Positions 50,323 through 60,169 of a stretch of DNA of 64,000 bases are shown here, in pieces. The first letter of the stretch is position 1. Every line of letters starts with the position of its first letter. The position numbers were made by a program, and so were the translations under genes. The stretch comes from a virus (lineage: Duplodnaviria; Caudoviricetes): positions 23,177 to 87,176 of IMG/VR virus record IMGVR_UViG_3300042992_001693, one strand, 5' to 3'. The notes beneath the pieces were generated by a model. That model was not told the origin of the DNA. It saw nothing but the letters and a program-made list of their open reading frames with translations, and searched no databases.

Positions 50323-52016
50323 TTTCATATTATAAATATACTGAAGGGGAAGCATTTACAATAAATGGATCTGATTATGTTGGTTTCTTCAACGTGGTTG
50401 AAGGTAAAGCGTATACTGGAAAGAAAAAAACAGAAGCTAGTGGAGAATTAGTCCCAAAACAAACATTTATAAGTGAAATATATTTGAGACAATTAGAATT
50501 TGATTCTAATTATGTACAAAACATCAATTTATTGTCAGTTTCCCAAGAAAAATTTGATATTTTTACAAAAACTAATTTAGAAAAAGTAATAGATACTATA
50601 AATTTAAACAATCTTAACATATATAAAAGTTTAGTTTTACAAAACCCTAACTTTTTAAGTTTATCTAATGCAAATAATCTTTTTTATGGGTTATCTTCAA
50701 CATATTCTGATATCAGAAATAATGATGATGTCTATGGAAAAACCGTATATACTCAAATAGATCCTTTTAAATATAGTGGCGTTTGGGAATTTTTAGATAA
50801 CATAAAAAGTGGCACTTTCACAGTTAAAAATAACGATGAATTTGTATATTTTTGCACTGATAATATCAACATATATGCTATAGAAGGAAGTTTCTCAGAT
50901 CCTTCTAAAAAATTAGAATTATTAGAAATAGATAAATCAACCGATACCAACACTATAAGAAATGTTCTGATAGATGACATCGATTTGAATATTTTTCAAA
51001 TAAAAGACAGCTCGATTATATTATATGAATATGAACCTTTTATAAATTGTGGAAATTTATTGAAAAAAGACGAAATATATCTTCAAAAAGATTTAAAATT
51101 TGTAAGAATTGGAAATTCAATAAGATTAGAAGTTACAAATAGTGATATTTATATTAAAAATAAATATTCAAATGATATTTTTTATAAAGCAGATATAAAT
51201 TCTTTAAATTTAGGATTGATACTAAACTGTCAAGTTAGAATTATAGATGATTTAATAGCAATAATATCAAAAAATAATAATAAATTTTATATAACATATA
51301 TAGATCCAGAATTCCCAGATGAAATTTTCAATCAATTTGAATTATTATATTTCAATGATTCAAGTTTTAATTTATTATTTTCTGATATCGATTCAAATAT
51401 AATTATATTAACTTTTTCAGACTATATTCAAGTAAGATTTATAAGCAATTCCACTTATCCAGCCAGCACATCCAGCAATTATAATTATTCAAAATCAAAT
51501 TTTAAATATTTAAAAGATCACACCTGGAACACTAATACGCTTTTATATAACTTTTCAAATATTATAAAATGGAACTCTAACGCTTTAAAGTCAAATTCGT
51601 ACAACAATATATTAATTGATACCAAAAATATTGGAAATTTAAGCTATACCATAGTTCATAATGTTGGTAGAATTTATGCAATAAAAAAAATAGCATCTGA
51701 AGATTTTAAAATATTTAAAATTCCTAAAAATTTACCAAAAGCGTTTACTAATGTAGAATGTTCAAACTCTTCTTTTGGCTTGTATTTAAATAACACTTTA
51801 AAAAATATAGTCACAGATACTATAAGTATTTTCACAAACAACGAATGCAAGGCAAAAATGTCACAGAATGGAGAAGATGTAATTATTTCAGAACTTGAAA
51901 ATATAAAAATATCTATAGAAAATATGTTTTTTAATGGAAATGAACAGCTAAATGTCTCAACATTAAACAGAATTTTTGAAACAATTATCGAATTGCAACG
52001 AAAATTAATTAATTAA
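50319..52016 (+). CDS. Hypothetical virion protein
   Basis: 565 aa, coupled to the upstream gene. Confidence 0.65.
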   Translation: MISYYKYTEGEAFTINGSDYVGFFNVVEGKAYTGKKKTEASGELVPKQTFISEIYLRQLEFDSNYVQNINLLSVSQEKFDIFTKTNLEKVIDTINLNNLNIYKSLVLQNPNFLSLSNANNLFYGLSSTYSDIRNNDDVYGKTVYTQIDPFKYSGVWEFLDNIKSGTFTVKNNDEFVYFCTDNINIYAIEGSFSDPSKKLELLEIDKSTDTNTIRNVLIDDIDLNIFQIKDSSIILYEYEPFINCGNLLKKDEIYLQKDLKFVRIGNSIRLEVTNSDIYIKNKYSNDIFYKADINSLNLGLILNCQVRIIDDLIAIISKNNNKFYITYIDPEFPDEIFNQFELLYFNDSSFNLLFSDIDSNIIILTFSDYIQVRFISNSTYPASTSSNYNYSKSNFKYLKDHTWNTNTLLYNFSNIIKWNSNALKSNSYNNILIDTKNIGNLSYTIVHNVGRIYAIKKIASEDFKIFKIPKNLPKAFTNVECSNSSFGLYLNNTLKNIVTDTISIFTNNECKAKMSQNGEDVIISELENIKISIENMFFNGNEQLNVSTLNRIFETIIELQRKLIN

Positions 52017-52056
52017 TAAATATTGTATAAAATATTCAATGAGTAAATAGTAATAT

Positions 52057-53100
52057 ATGCCAAATAGTTTAGAAAATCAATTTATTGCTGATACATTCAA
52101 GGCATTATTGCACACTGGAAACATCAGTTTAAGTTCTGGTTCTCCCGATGCTAAAATTTATTCAGGTGATGGGTTTGAATCGTCTTTAAGTGTATCTACA
52201 ATATCAAATGGAATTAAAGTAAGTGGCGATGCTACAATTTATGGAAATGTTATTTCCAGCAAAAGTGGCAATTTTTCTGGATCTTTAAGTTCTGGTTCTC
52301 ATACAGTAACTGGAGATTCCAATATAAGTGGAAGTGTTGATGTTGCTGGTGGTATAAATATCGGAGGTTCTTTAAATTCTGGTTCTCATACAGTGACTGG
52401 AAATTCTAATATAAGTGGAACTTTAGCTTCTGCTTCTCATACAGTGACTGGAAATTCTAATATAAGTGGAACTGCTAGAGTTGGAGGAACAACAACAATA
52501 ATTGGATCTTTAAGTTCTGGTTCTCATACAGTGACTGGAAATTCTAATATAAGTGGAACTGCTAGAGTTGGAGGAACAACAACAATAATTGGATCTTTAA
52601 GTTCTGGTTCTCATACAGTGACTGGAAATTCTAGAATTACAAACAGGATTGATACTAATACAATCTACGCTGATACATATTTAAATTTACCAAGCACTGA
52701 TACAAGAGCCGATATAGTAAATCATATCTATCCTGTTGGTAGTATATTTTTATCTTTTACAAATGTAAATCCATCCGTCAGATTCACTGGCACATCATGG
52801 GTCCAGGTTTCTCAAGGAAGATTTGTAGTAGGTGTTGGTACTGGTAATGATGGTATTCAAAATAAAATATTTACAGCTGGTAATAACACTGGTGAATATA
52901 CACATCAACTTACAATAGCAGAAATGCCTAGCCATACACATGAAACTTATGCACAACCTTCAAACGATGGTGATGATGGAGGGGGCAGTGATTGGAATCC
53001 TTATTCCTTTTTAACGGAATCTAGTGCTACAGGAGGAGATCAATATCACAACAACACCCCACCTGGGTTTGGTTTGTATGTATGGCAAAGAACAGTGTAA
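52057..53100 (+). CDS. Tail fibre with beta-repeat shaft and Gp10_C-like tip
   Basis: SHTVTG repeats; IYPVGSIF...GRFVVGVG...LTIAEMPSHTH...HNNTPP...YVWQRT. Confidence 0.8.
   Translation: MPNSLENQFIADTFKALLHTGNISLSSGSPDAKIYSGDGFESSLSVSTISNGIKVSGDATIYGNVISSKSGNFSGSLSSGSHTVTGDSNISGSVDVAGGINIGGSLNSGSHTVTGNSNISGTLASASHTVTGNSNISGTARVGGTTTIIGSLSSGSHTVTGNSNISGTARVGGTTTIIGSLSSGSHTVTGNSRITNRIDTNTIYADTYLNLPSTDTRADIVNHIYPVGSIFLSFTNVNPSVRFTGTSWVQVSQGRFVVGVGTGNDGIQNKIFTAGNNTGEYTHQLTIAEMPSHTHETYAQPSNDGDDGGGSDWNPYSFLTESSATGGDQYHNNTPPGFGLYVWQRTV
52297..52633 (+). repeat. 87-bp (29-aa) tandem repeats in tail fibre shaft
   Basis: tctcatacagt at 52297, 52384, 52435, 52522 and 52609; 52435-52633 near perfect. 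Confidence 0.88.
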
Positions 53101-53115
53101 TAGAAATTTAAAAAT

Positions 53116-54759
53116 ATGGCAAGTGTAGTAATATCAAAAATTAAAGTTAGAAGAGGAACCGATACTCAAAGAAAAAACATAGTATTGGATCAAGGAGAGC
53201 TTGGATATACAACGGATACAAACAGATTATATGTTGGCAATGGTGTTATAAATGGTGGTATAGTGGTCGGTTCAAAAATACACCCACCATTATTTTCAAC
53301 AGGAGATTTAACATCTGTTATATCTGAAGTTGGAGATATTGTTTGGGTTAACGGCATTTTTTATCAATTAATATCTTCTGATTACACCGATTTATATTCA
53401 TGGAAAAATATAGGAACATTATTAGATTCAGAATATTTTGAATATGATGGAAGTAATCAAATAACTTTAAAAAATAATGTTATCAAGACAGCAAATTTAG
53501 CAGATGAGATTAGAGATGGTTTTTCAGTACAAGTCGATAATTCAACAATAGAATATGTCGGAGGAAACATATTAAGAATTAAAGATCTTGGCGTTTCTAA
53601 AGAAAAATTACAATCTTATTCAGTAACTAATGATAAATTATCTCCTGATGTTATTGGAAATGGCTTGCAGGGATCTGCTGGATCTCCAATTTCATTAAAA
53701 ATTGACGGATCTTATTTTTATTTTACTCCAAATGGATCTCTTGGAATTTCTTTATCGGCAATTCAAACATATGGTGATAATATAACAACTGTTAAAAATT
53801 TAACAGGTGGGATTGTAGTGAAAACCAATTCTATTGATGAAAATTATATCAAATCATCAATGTTTGGTAATGGAATAAGCGGCGGGGCTGGTAATAAAGT
53901 AGCATTAAATGTTGATAATTTAACTTTTGGATTTAATCCAAGCTCTAAACTTAAATTAAATACAAATTCAATTGATGAAACTTATATCACATCATCTACT
54001 TTTGGTAAAGGGTTAGTCGGAGGTTCTGGAAACAAAGCAACTTTAAACATAGATCCTACATTTTTTAATTACAATACATTAAGCGCTTTAACATTATTGA
54101 GCGCAACAATAGATCATAATTATATTAATTTCGCATCATTTGGTGATGGTATACAAGGAGGAAGTGGAGATTTAATTAAATTAAAAGTAAAGGAAGGATT
54201 ATTCGATTTTGAAGTTGGTAAATTGCAATTATCAGCAAATAGCGTGACAGAAAAATATATAAATTCAAATGCGTTTGATCGTGGTATAATAGGGGGAAAT
54301 AATCAAAAAATTTCTGTAAATGCAACAAATAGTTTTTCATTTACATCAGCTAATGAATTAGAACTTAACTCCACACTTGGATATAGTTCTAATACGGCGA
54401 CAATAAGTTCTATTAATAGCGTAGGATCTATAAGTTTAAGCAGTGGTGTGATTTTTCCTAGAATATCATGGGATGAATTTGGAAGATTGACAGATATTAA
54501 GACTTCTATAGTTGAAGTTTTAACTGGAAATTCTAGTTTAAGCGGATTCAATGTAAGTAATTCACTATCTTCAATTTTCAATGGTTATATCACACAAGGA
54601 CCACAAAACAGTGCAAATATTACAAGATTTACAGCAACAGATCACAGAAACAACACATATGTATTATCAAGTGCTGGATTTTTAGCAATTTCTCATGAAA
54701 ATACAAGCTTATCTGGACAAAGACTAAAAAGATTTGCAATTCCAATATTTGCTTATTAA
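53116..54759 (+). CDS. Tail fibre with Mtd_N-like N-terminal domain
   Basis: KIKVRRGT...LDQGELGYTTDTNRLYVGNG; repeated (F/L)G.G..GGSG...L motifs. Confidence 0.7.
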   Translation: MASVVISKIKVRRGTDTQRKNIVLDQGELGYTTDTNRLYVGNGVINGGIVVGSKIHPPLFSTGDLTSVISEVGDIVWVNGIFYQLISSDYTDLYSWKNIGTLLDSEYFEYDGSNQITLKNNVIKTANLADEIRDGFSVQVDNSTIEYVGGNILRIKDLGVSKEKLQSYSVTNDKLSPDVIGNGLQGSAGSPISLKIDGSYFYFTPNGSLGISLSAIQTYGDNITTVKNLTGGIVVKTNSIDENYIKSSMFGNGISGGAGNKVALNVDNLTFGFNPSSKLKLNTNSIDETYITSSTFGKGLVGGSGNKATLNIDPTFFNYNTLSALTLLSATIDHNYINFASFGDGIQGGSGDLIKLKVKEGLFDFEVGKLQLSANSVTEKYINSNAFDRGIIGGNNQKISVNATNSFSFTSANELELNSTLGYSSNTATISSINSVGSISLSSGVIFPRISWDEFGRLTDIKTSIVEVLTGNSSLSGFNVSNSLSSIFNGYITQGPQNSANITRFTATDHRNNTYVLSSAGFLAISHENTSLSGQRLKRFAIPIFAY

Positions 54760-54780
54760 TTTCATCACATAAATAATATT

Positions 54781-56637
54781 ATGCCTAATTCAATAGAAAT
54801 TTTCGAAAATACATTACTTCAATTAATTACAAGACAAGGTACTGATAATGATAGAACCGAAGTAATTTTAAAATCTGGAGAACTAGGGTACACAACTGAT
54901 ACAAAACGTTTATTTGTTGGGGATGGTAGTGAATATGGAGGCAACGTAGTTGGTAATAAGTTCAGAGGATATACCACCAATTTAACAAGTTTAGGTAGTG
55001 GTTTAGTTGGAGACATTGCATATAAAACAGATGAAAATAGCATATACGCTATTTTATCAGGAGATGGTACAAATTCAGCAAACTGGAGAAAAATAGGGGG
55101 TGTATATACTGCAGCAGATGGAAGCATCAATATAACAGTAGATAATAAAATTTCTGTATTGAGTTTATCAGCTGGAACAATTTCGCATGACTTGATGGGA
55201 CAATCTATAATTTTAGATTCTACAAAAAGATTAACATTGTCTTCAACGATAGCAACGAATTCAATCGTACCTCAAAGAAACACACAATATTTAAAACTTC
55301 CCGAATATTTATCTATAAATTCAAATGAATACACCTTTCCGATAGGTGAATTAGGAAATAATAAATATTTAAAAACCGATGCAGTTGGAAGATTATCATG
55401 GAGCGCTTTGGGATCTAATGTTAATTATTTTACATATAATAGCGGTGGTATATTACCAGTTGGAACTATAATATCTACATTAACATCAACGAATTTAAAT
55501 ACCGATTGGGTAATTTGCAATGGACAATTATTAGCTGGTGTTAATTATCCAGAATTATCGGCTGTTATAGGAACAACATTCGGTGGAAACACAAGCGCAT
55601 TTAGAGTTCCTAACTTAAACAATGATATGTTATATGGGACAAGTTCAAGTCCTTATAATTCTACCATTTATACATTCACATCTGGCACATCAGCAAATAG
55701 ATCACAATTGTCGGCTATTGGTGTGAACTTTTTCGTAAAAGCAAAACCAGACAAGGTAATAAAAGGAACTTTACAAATTGATTCTCCATTAAATGTAACA
55801 ATAAATGGAACGAATAGAAATGATACAAAAATTTCAGCATTAACTACATTAGACAGTGATGTTAAAATTTCTTTACCATCTAGTAGAATTAAAGTAAGCT
55901 ATCCCCTCGGAGTTGCTAAAGATTTATCAGATGTTACTGGATCTTATGTAAGTATTTTTAATGGTGATTTAGATATAACTGGACCAACTAATACTTTAAA
56001 AGTTGATGTTCCTTTAAAATTAACAGTCGATGGAACCGATAGGACTGGAACAGCTGTAAGTCCATATAATGGAAATCTTAACATACAATTAAACACCTCA
56101 AATACAATAAAAGTAGACACTCCTTTATCATTAACTGTGGATGGAAGTGATAAAACTGGACAAACTGTTGATTTAGACACTCCAAATCAAAATATGGTGG
56201 TTGATTTAAATTTCACTAATATGATGAATACGATTTACCCAATCGGATCTATTATATTTTCTATAGATAGTTTAAATCCTCAAAATAGATTCGGAGGAAC
56301 GTGGGTTCAAATATCTCAAGGAAGATTTGTAGTAGGTTTTGGCACGGGTAATGACGGTATTCAAAATAAAGCATTTGCAGCTGGTAATAACACTGGTGAA
56401 TATGAACATCAACTTACAATAGCAGAAATGCCAAATCATACTCACCCAAACTCAAAAACTATAGGTGGGTCTACAGGTGATAAAAGTAAACCGTATTTAT
56501 ATATGACGTATGCCGATGGTGGTCAGTCATCGTTTGGACCTGTTTCACCCACTGATGGTGCTGGGGGAGGACAATATCATAATAATACTCCTCCAGGTTT
56601 CGGTATGTATGTTTGGCAAAGAACTGCTTTAGCTTAA
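54781..56637 (+). CDS. Tail fibre: Mtd_N-like head, tail collar domain, Gp10_C-like tip
   Basis: RQGT...GELGYTTDTKRLFVGDG; LPVGTII...WVICNGQ...YPELSAVIG...FRVPNL; IYPIGSI...YVWQRT. Confidence 0.8.
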   Translation: MPNSIEIFENTLLQLITRQGTDNDRTEVILKSGELGYTTDTKRLFVGDGSEYGGNVVGNKFRGYTTNLTSLGSGLVGDIAYKTDENSIYAILSGDGTNSANWRKIGGVYTAADGSINITVDNKISVLSLSAGTISHDLMGQSIILDSTKRLTLSSTIATNSIVPQRNTQYLKLPEYLSINSNEYTFPIGELGNNKYLKTDAVGRLSWSALGSNVNYFTYNSGGILPVGTIISTLTSTNLNTDWVICNGQLLAGVNYPELSAVIGTTFGGNTSAFRVPNLNNDMLYGTSSSPYNSTIYTFTSGTSANRSQLSAIGVNFFVKAKPDKVIKGTLQIDSPLNVTINGTNRNDTKISALTTLDSDVKISLPSSRIKVSYPLGVAKDLSDVTGSYVSIFNGDLDITGPTNTLKVDVPLKLTVDGTDRTGTAVSPYNGNLNIQLNTSNTIKVDTPLSLTVDGSDKTGQTVDLDTPNQNMVVDLNFTNMMNTIYPIGSIIFSIDSLNPQNRFGGTWVQISQGRFVVGFGTGNDGIQNKAFAAGNNTGEYEHQLTIAEMPNHTHPNSKTIGGSTGDKSKPYLYMTYADGGQSSFGPVSPTDGAGGGQYHNNTPPGFGMYVWQRTALA

Positions 56638-56643
56638 TAATCA

Positions 56644-57465
56644 ATGAGTGTTCCAAATGATATTTTATTACCAGTTAATGCGAAGTATATTAGTTTTGTT
56701 GATCCAAAATTAAAATTCAATCCGCATTATGATGTAGTGTGGAGTTTTCAAATAGCACTTACAGGTACAGAACACGCATTTTCAACTTTTTTAGTTAATA
56801 ATTCTAATTTCACTCCTGAAAAAGGACATTATTTAGGACTTCCAATAGATATTAATGCTATAACTACGGAATTATTAATACCAATCACCACAGAATATAG
56901 TGAATATATAACAACACAAGAATCTTTATCAACGACATTGATTAGCATATCATTTGATACCACTGGTTTCAACGCATTATCAACGCCTTTTAGAGAAGGA
57001 TTGAAAAGATCTGAAATTAAAAGAAATAGTTTAACAATAAGAAATGATAATCAAGAAGTAATATATCATAATGCACTTTCAGCATTAGCATTATCTGGAT
57101 CGCAAACAACATTCGTGATGACATCATCACAAACATATTGGCAAACTTTAAGATTTAGATTATCTAACTTGGGGTCTAAATTAGATATTGATTTAAAAAC
57201 TGATAATGATTATGTAACTATATTTTCATTACCTGTAAATATTTCAATCACAAATGAAAATCAAATATATGCAGGTTTTTCATTCACATCTCCAGTATCA
57301 TCAACATTAACTCCAAACTCTACATTATTTTTGAATAATTTCCATATTCAAGGAAATACATCAACCCCCACATATGAAATTATAGATAACAATCCTTTTG
57401 TTATTGATACAGATCCAGATTATCAAATTTTTGATAATAACTTGACTATCATTCCAAAAGCATAA
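56644..57465 (+). CDS. Hypothetical beta-rich protein (fibre-associated)
   Basis: 273 aa following the fibre genes. Confidence 0.6.
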   Translation: MSVPNDILLPVNAKYISFVDPKLKFNPHYDVVWSFQIALTGTEHAFSTFLVNNSNFTPEKGHYLGLPIDINAITTELLIPITTEYSEYITTQESLSTTLISISFDTTGFNALSTPFREGLKRSEIKRNSLTIRNDNQEVIYHNALSALALSGSQTTFVMTSSQTYWQTLRFRLSNLGSKLDIDLKTDNDYVTIFSLPVNISITNENQIYAGFSFTSPVSSTLTPNSTLFLNNFHIQGNTSTPTYEIIDNNPFVIDTDPDYQIFDNNLTIIPKA

Positions 57466-57474
57466 TATATTATA

Positions 57475-58587
57475 ATGAATAATTTCAATATTGAAGAACA
57501 ATTAAATAAATCCGTAGAATGTGTTAATTTAATTAAAGATGAAAATAGTGGAAATTTATATTGTAAATATCTAACAAACAGAACTGGCACATTATTTTCA
57601 GCAAATAATAAAGCGTTATGTAATTTTATATGTTCTAAAAAAGGACCATATAACAATAAACCAATTTCTGCAAATGAAGAAAAAGAATTTGTTGTAGAAT
57701 CTATAAAGAAATTAAATCAACCATCGAAAGAAACAATTCAAAATATATTAAAACAATATAATCTAAATTTTGATATTAAAGTTCCTAGATATTATAGTGA
57801 AATAAAAAACAATTTAGAATTTTTAAAAAATTATAAAGGATTTAAAAAATTTACACTAACAGGACCGTGTATAACTATAAATTCAGGAATTGAATATTCA
57901 AATATTGATATAGTTATTTGGTTTGATTCATTAGATGATTATTTAAATCAAAAAATAAAAGAATTACTACCGAATAGCATAAACAATACTCCTGTAAATT
58001 ATCATATATTTACAGGAAATGATGAAGAAATTTCATCTTTATTTTTTTCTCAATTAGACGTTGAAAATAAAATAATATATTTTTCAAAATGGTTTAATAT
58101 GAATATCAGATCATTACCATTTAATTTTGAAGTTAAGTCTTGTATATATGAGGGATATGATCTTGAATTTATTGAAAAAATTAATGCCATAGATAAAGAA
58201 AATGTAAAAGCTAGAATTGGATGGAGGTCCGTTTCAGAATCTTGGAATAAAGCTTCACAATTTATAGATGCGGTTAGTAGCAGAGGATTGATTTCAACAG
58301 TATTAGACTATACAGGGGTTGATAATAAAGGTGGAGAAAGAGTATCCGATGAAATTTATAATTTAAGAAGAGAATCTTGTTTTGGGAGTTCTGAAAAAAA
58401 TATTAAACCTTGTCATTTTTTGTCAAAAGATTCTGATGATATGCATTTTTGCAAAGCGTGTGGATGTGGTACAAATAAACTCGCTGTATTAAATCCAAGA
58501 CAAGAAGATGGATATTCTAAATTACATTATCCAAATTTAGAATGTCCTTTGGCAAAACCAGGATTTTCTAATCATACTACACAGTAA
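57475..58587 (+). CDS. Cys-rich protein A1 (possible degenerate nucleotidyltransferase fold, C-terminal CxxCGC cluster)
   Basis: FTLTGPC...SNIDIVIWF; FCKACGCG...LECPLAKPGF; paralogue of 60170..61273. Confidence 0.65.
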   Translation: MNNFNIEEQLNKSVECVNLIKDENSGNLYCKYLTNRTGTLFSANNKALCNFICSKKGPYNNKPISANEEKEFVVESIKKLNQPSKETIQNILKQYNLNFDIKVPRYYSEIKNNLEFLKNYKGFKKFTLTGPCITINSGIEYSNIDIVIWFDSLDDYLNQKIKELLPNSINNTPVNYHIFTGNDEEISSLFFSQLDVENKIIYFSKWFNMNIRSLPFNFEVKSCIYEGYDLEFIEKINAIDKENVKARIGWRSVSESWNKASQFIDAVSSRGLISTVLDYTGVDNKGGERVSDEIYNLRRESCFGSSEKNIKPCHFLSKDSDDMHFCKACGCGTNKLAVLNPRQEDGYSKLHYPNLECPLAKPGFSNHTTQ

Positions 58588-58628
58588 TATTATTTGAAAA
58601 TTCTTCATCAATTAAATAATTATCGACC

Positions 58629-59399
58629 ATGGCGGAGTGTAACGGATTAAAAATAACAGCGAGATATTCCAATTCGGAAGGTCCGTGTCCTCGTGGGCAT
58701 CAATGTGATAATGCGGCGTGGAATCTTTATTTAGGGAAAATTTTCATAGGAGAAATAAATTTAAATAATGTAAACGATGGCGGAAATAGAGTTAGTGAAT
58801 TATATGCAACTGGTGATGACATAAACGATTATATTTCCGAATTTGGATGTAATTTAAAATTTGAAGCTAAGTGCGTTAATGAATATTGCCATTCCAATAT
58901 CACTTGGTATCAAGTAGAAACTGATGATGGTGAAATATTATTAGATAGTTGTGTTTTAGATTCTTTTGAATTGGATTGTTGCGGTGGAGGACCACCCCCA
59001 CCACCAGTATCTACAACCACTAGAAGACCTACAACAACCACCACCAGAAGACCAACTACAACAACCAGCACAACAACTGCAACTACTACTAGAAGACCCA
59101 CAACTACTACTAGAAGACCCACAACTACTACTACTAGAACTACTGATAGGTGTGATCCATCAACACAACGACCTCCAATAATTAATGATCCAACAGACGC
59201 AGAATTAACTACTATACCTTCTACAAATTCACCATGGGACATAATATTGATTGACCCTAGTTTACCTTTAAATTCTGATACTATTTTAACAACTACTACT
59301 AGCAGCACTACAACAAGCACCACCACACCAAGACCTATTATTATACCATCCACCACAATTCAACCTTGTGAAAAAGATTGTAATAAACTAGGATATTAA
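58629..59399 (+). CDS. Cys-rich domain plus Thr-rich protein B1
   Basis: GHQC...GEINLNN.NDGG.R; TTRRP/T tracts; ends CEKDCNKLGY; paralogue of 59429..60151. Confidence 0.7.
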   Translation: MAECNGLKITARYSNSEGPCPRGHQCDNAAWNLYLGKIFIGEINLNNVNDGGNRVSELYATGDDINDYISEFGCNLKFEAKCVNEYCHSNITWYQVETDDGEILLDSCVLDSFELDCCGGGPPPPPVSTTTRRPTTTTTRRPTTTTSTTTATTTRRPTTTTRRPTTTTTRTTDRCDPSTQRPPIINDPTDAELTTIPSTNSPWDIILIDPSLPLNSDTILTTTTSSTTTSTTTPRPIIIPSTTIQPCEKDCNKLGY

Positions 59400-59428
59400 T
59401 AAATATTATATTGTGTAGAAGATAAAAT

Positions 59429-60151
59429 ATGGCTTATAACTGCATATCTCCAGGATTAACGATTGAGGTAGTCTATAGATTAAACTCATGCTCTGGATTT
59501 CATCAATGTAATGTTGCTATTTATAATTTTATAGTAAATGGACAATTTAAAGGGGAAGTAAATTTAAATAATGGTAATGATGGCGGTGCGCGAGGAACTT
59601 CATTTTATTTATCTTCATCAGAAGCAACTGAATTATTAGTACAAACAAATGGAATTTTATACTTTGGAATATTTTGCGCGTTAGAAAATTGTCATGCAAA
59701 CTTACCACAAGTTATAATAACAGATGATACAGGGGCAACATTATTCAATGATTGTTTATATAATGCATCTTCAAATATTGATTTGAATGTAATATGTGAA
59801 ACTACTCCACCTCCTACAAGCACTACAACACCAACTCCTACAAGTACCACAACATCAGCTCCTACAAGTACAACTACAACAACCACAACTACTCCAAAAC
59901 CTCCAGTACCAACAACACTTCCACAACCTCCAATAGATCCCAACGATCCAATCGAATTGGATTCGATACCTTCTGAAAATTCAGATAGAGATATAACTCT
60001 AATTGATTCGATAAATCCATTAACATCAGATGTTGTTTTGACAACAACTACCACTACAACAACTACCACTACAACAACCACAACTTTAAATCCCACATCA
60101 ACCACCATTTCTCAAATATGTAAATCGGATTGTGATAAGTTGGGATATTAA
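59429..60151 (+). CDS. Cys-rich domain plus Thr-rich protein B2
   Basis: FHQC...GEVNLNNGNDGGAR; poly-Thr; ends CKSDCDKLGY. Confidence 0.7.
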   Translation: MAYNCISPGLTIEVVYRLNSCSGFHQCNVAIYNFIVNGQFKGEVNLNNGNDGGARGTSFYLSSSEATELLVQTNGILYFGIFCALENCHANLPQVIITDDTGATLFNDCLYNASSNIDLNVICETTPPPTSTTTPTPTSTTTSAPTSTTTTTTTTPKPPVPTTLPQPPIDPNDPIELDSIPSENSDRDITLIDSINPLTSDVVLTTTTTTTTTTTTTTTLNPTSTTISQICKSDCDKLGY

Positions 60152-60169
60152 TATCAACAAATAAAATAT

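Noticed and set aside
52800-56440. Diversity-generating retroelement TR/VR pair in the fibre tips
   Set aside because: Differences between the two copies are not adenine-specific and are often synonymous; both copies are coding; no reverse transcriptase in the window
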